Shown: positions 39,660 through 41,275 of the stretch, piece by piece
How positions within the stretch are numbered: the stretch's first letter is position 1
Layout: each line of letters begins with the position of its first letter
Virus record (IMG/VR): IMGVR_UViG_3300025869_000003
Coordinates: 1-41,275 of that record
DNA length: 41,275 nt
Strand: one strand, 5' to 3'
Source: a virus
The notes under the pieces: generated by a model
Database searches by the model: none
Seen by the model: only the letters and a program-made list of their open reading frames with translations
What the model was told of the DNA's origin: nothing
Position numbers and translations under genes: made by a program

Positions 39660-39947
39660 ATGAAATACGAACGACAAAAACTAACTAGGAAGTTTGTTTA
39701 CTCATTACCTGAGGGAACAATCTTATTATCTACAATCTATTTTTCCTTCGGCTTTCCAAGCTGGGAGATCAAAGATTACTACAGATCTTTATGGGAAGAA
39801 ATCAAAAGCTTTGGAGCTGATCAAAGAATGGCTGTAGCCTTCAATACTAAGGAAGATTACGAAGCCGGAATTAAAGAGATGTTAAAAAGCGTAGGGCAAA
39901 GTTTTACCTTTTGTAAAGTAAACTGGGGGGACGAAGTAACGATATGA
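39660..39947 (+). CDS. Hypothetical early protein (95 aa)
   Basis: ORF only. Confidence 0.5.
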   Translation: MKYERQKLTRKFVYSLPEGTILLSTIYFSFGFPSWEIKDYYRSLWEEIKSFGADQRMAVAFNTKEDYEAGIKEMLKSVGQSFTFCKVNWGDEVTI

Positions 39948-40044
39948 TTCGATTCGATCAGTTATCCTCTTTGTTCAAATTGTTCATTGTGCGTCAATCT
40001 GCGCATAGAGTCACTAATTTAATAAATAAAAAGAAAGCTATATT

Positions 40045-40377
40045 ATGAGTAAAAACGAGCCTATAAGGTCAAAAGTAGATCCCGATCTTCCTGATGAAGA
40101 GAAGGCAGAAAAGTATCTCGCTTCATGTAAGCATTATCTTCACCCCGAAAATGAAGAATGCTGGTTGGGTGAGAAATTAAATTCATCCGTACATCATGAG
40201 TACATGACAGCAATGGGTCTAAAGGGACTCACACCAAGAGATGTCATATACCCACTTGAACATGGATACTACAAGTATTTGACTACAACTGAGATCTTAG
40301 TCTCTGACCTTAAAGATCATAAAGTCAGATATACCGCTAAGTACGAAAAGTACACCAATACTGGAGGTGCAAAATGA
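40045..40377 (+). CDS. Hypothetical early protein (110 aa)
   Basis: An ORF forming an ATGA overlap with the next gene. Confidence 0.55.
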   Translation: MSKNEPIRSKVDPDLPDEEKAEKYLASCKHYLHPENEECWLGEKLNSSVHHEYMTAMGLKGLTPRDVIYPLEHGYYKYLTTTEILVSDLKDHKVRYTAKYEKYTNTGGAK

Positions 40378-40679
40378 TTCCCTCTAGAAGAAGTAAAATT
40401 CGTAATTGGCATTCATCGAATGTAACTGGTCAATCTGATTATTTATATCTCCCTGAAGGTCAAAGTAACGGGTTTAAAGGCATTGTTGCATTCACCCAAA
40501 ATCCAACAATAGGGATTCTTGATTTCGATACTTGCTTGGCAAACCTTCAACGCGATGGAATGTCCGAAAAAGAGGCATATGACTTTTTGATGCGCAAAGC
40601 CAAGAATCGTCAAGATCACGAGCCAATTATCATGTTCAGCTATCCTGAGCTTCACCCAAATATTGAGGAGGTATTTTGA
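40374..40679 (+). CDS. Hypothetical early protein (101 aa)
   Basis: ggaggt SD, and overlapping start/stop junctions on both sides. Confidence 0.55.
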   Translation: MIPSRRSKIRNWHSSNVTGQSDYLYLPEGQSNGFKGIVAFTQNPTIGILDFDTCLANLQRDGMSEKEAYDFLMRKAKNRQDHEPIIMFSYPELHPNIEEVF

Positions 40680-41137
40680 TGAAAGAGTATGCTCACTTAG
40701 ATAGCTTCCCTGATATCGGTATTTTTGAGGAATTTGTAGACCAAGATCGTGAATCCGATTCTAAAAATAAAATCATTAGCGGAGAGGCGACCCTTGAACC
40801 ATCTGATGACAAAGAGGGTTGCGTGATTCATGACTTCACACTCATCGCTGAGATAGAGAACGAATATAAAGATCTTTTTGTCGAGACTATGGGCCACTAT
40901 GGCTGGGAAGCTAAAGAGGGCTTATTGCTTCGAGGGTCTCCAAGAAGTGGGAAATCTTGGGCGACGCTTGATCTATTAAAGAAGATGGAAAATGGGGAGA
41001 AAATCGAAATCTCCAAGCCATCTGTTAATTCCGTCTTATTCACCCAAGCGAAAGAAAGTTACGATCCTGAATTACATGAGGAATTGTGGAGACGCTTGGA
41101 AGAGGATCCTTGCGACGACGAAGACTTTGATAAGTAG
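40676..41137 (+). CDS. Acidic hypothetical early protein (153 aa)
   Basis: gaggagg SD. The protein is visibly rich in Asp/Glu and ends EEDPCDDEDFDK. Confidence 0.55.
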   Translation: MMKEYAHLDSFPDIGIFEEFVDQDRESDSKNKIISGEATLEPSDDKEGCVIHDFTLIAEIENEYKDLFVETMGHYGWEAKEGLLLRGSPRSGKSWATLDLLKKMENGEKIEISKPSVNSVLFTQAKESYDPELHEELWRRLEEDPCDDEDFDK

Positions 41138-41148
41138 AATGATTGGTT

Positions 41149-41275
41149 CCCAAACAAAGGACATGGTGCGTGGCGAGATGCCACGACGAGTGGAGCGTTC
41201 TTACTTATTGAAACATCCAAATGGGAGCTTGGTTGCCCACGGCTCCAATGAGAGCCGTGGGTAGCCTAAAATTTA
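41149..41275. repeat. Second copy of the 127-bp terminal repeat
   Basis: Identical to 1..127. Confidence 0.95.

Larger units (their letters stand above)
1..41275. mobile_element. Complete temperate tailed-phage genome (podovirus-like layout), circularly closed; unique length about 41,148 bp
   Basis: Terminase, portal, scaffold, capsid, tail fibre, integrase plus a tRNA-fragment att site and a replication module are all present. The two ends carry an exact 127-bp duplication. Confidence 0.85.

Noticed and set aside
39961-39969. DnaA-box-like sequences (TTATCCTCT here; TTATCACTT near 39571).
   Set aside because: Each has two or more mismatches to TTATCCACA, and they occur singly. That is not enough to call DnaA boxes.
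40992-41264. A 90-aa ORF running from inside the 153-aa gene into the terminal repeat.
   Set aside because: Most of it overlaps the better-supported SD-preceded 40676..41137 gene in another frame. The non-overlapping tail is only about 40 codons and runs through both hairpins.
1-41275. An impression that GATC (and GGATCC) is over-represented. Spot counts in several 0.5 to 1-kb stretches were roughly twice my expectation from base composition.
   Set aside because: I cannot count the whole genome reliably by eye, and codon usage (GAT-C, GGA-TCN, AGA-TCN) could explain it. It needs a proper k-mer odds-ratio calculation before any claim.

Overview
The window is one complete tailed dsDNA phage genome. 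The first 127 nt repeat exactly as the last 127 nt, so the unique length is about 41,148 bp and the contig is circularly closed. All functional calls come from reading motifs in the supplied translations and the DNA by eye; no database or structure search was run.

Architecture:
- Early, recombination and replication genes on the + strand run 37065..41137 and continue across the junction to 3932. They include a RuvC-like resolvase, an SSB-like protein, a Cas4/RecB-like exonuclease, an AP2-like small DNA binder, 11-bp iterons with an AT-rich origin candidate, an AEP primase, a RepA-like ATPase, an Xis/AlpA-like HTH and sigma-70-like proteins.
- One long - strand late operon runs 31190 down to 3929. 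In order: TerL; a translationally coupled cargo (PD-(D/E)XK-like protein, a 74-aa protein, a C5-cytosine methyltransferase, two HTH proteins); portal; scaffold; capsid; a glycosyltransferase + sulfotransferase + lipoprotein cassette; a tail nozzle-like protein; a tail fibre with an S74 chaperone domain; and three internal-protein-like genes ending in a 2066-aa giant.
- This operon is interrupted by two + strand islands of membrane, lipoprotein and zinc-ribbon genes.
- The lysogeny module holds a tyrosine integrase next to a 3' fragment of tRNA-Cys(GCA), the attP candidate, flanked by ATGGAAC palindromes. It also holds two membrane proteins and a 608-aa orphan in the immunity position.

No tape measure, tube or sheath gene is recognisable, so the phage looks podovirus-like. 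I also found no DNA polymerase, no canonical small terminase and no endolysin.

Most interesting candidates:
- the sulfotransferase/glycosyltransferase/lipoprotein cassette inside the structural operon;
- the 2066-aa polyvalent-like virion protein;
- the terL-coupled nuclease-like/methyltransferase cargo, whose methyltransferase has an unusually long variable region;
- a conserved bipartite element (AATTTGTCACGAT-N15-CAAATATGG-N6-ATG) in front of both terL and the ruvC-like gene;
- three copies of an ATGGAAC-N6-GTTCCAT palindrome;
- an iteron-type origin;
- several phage-encoded sigma-like proteins.
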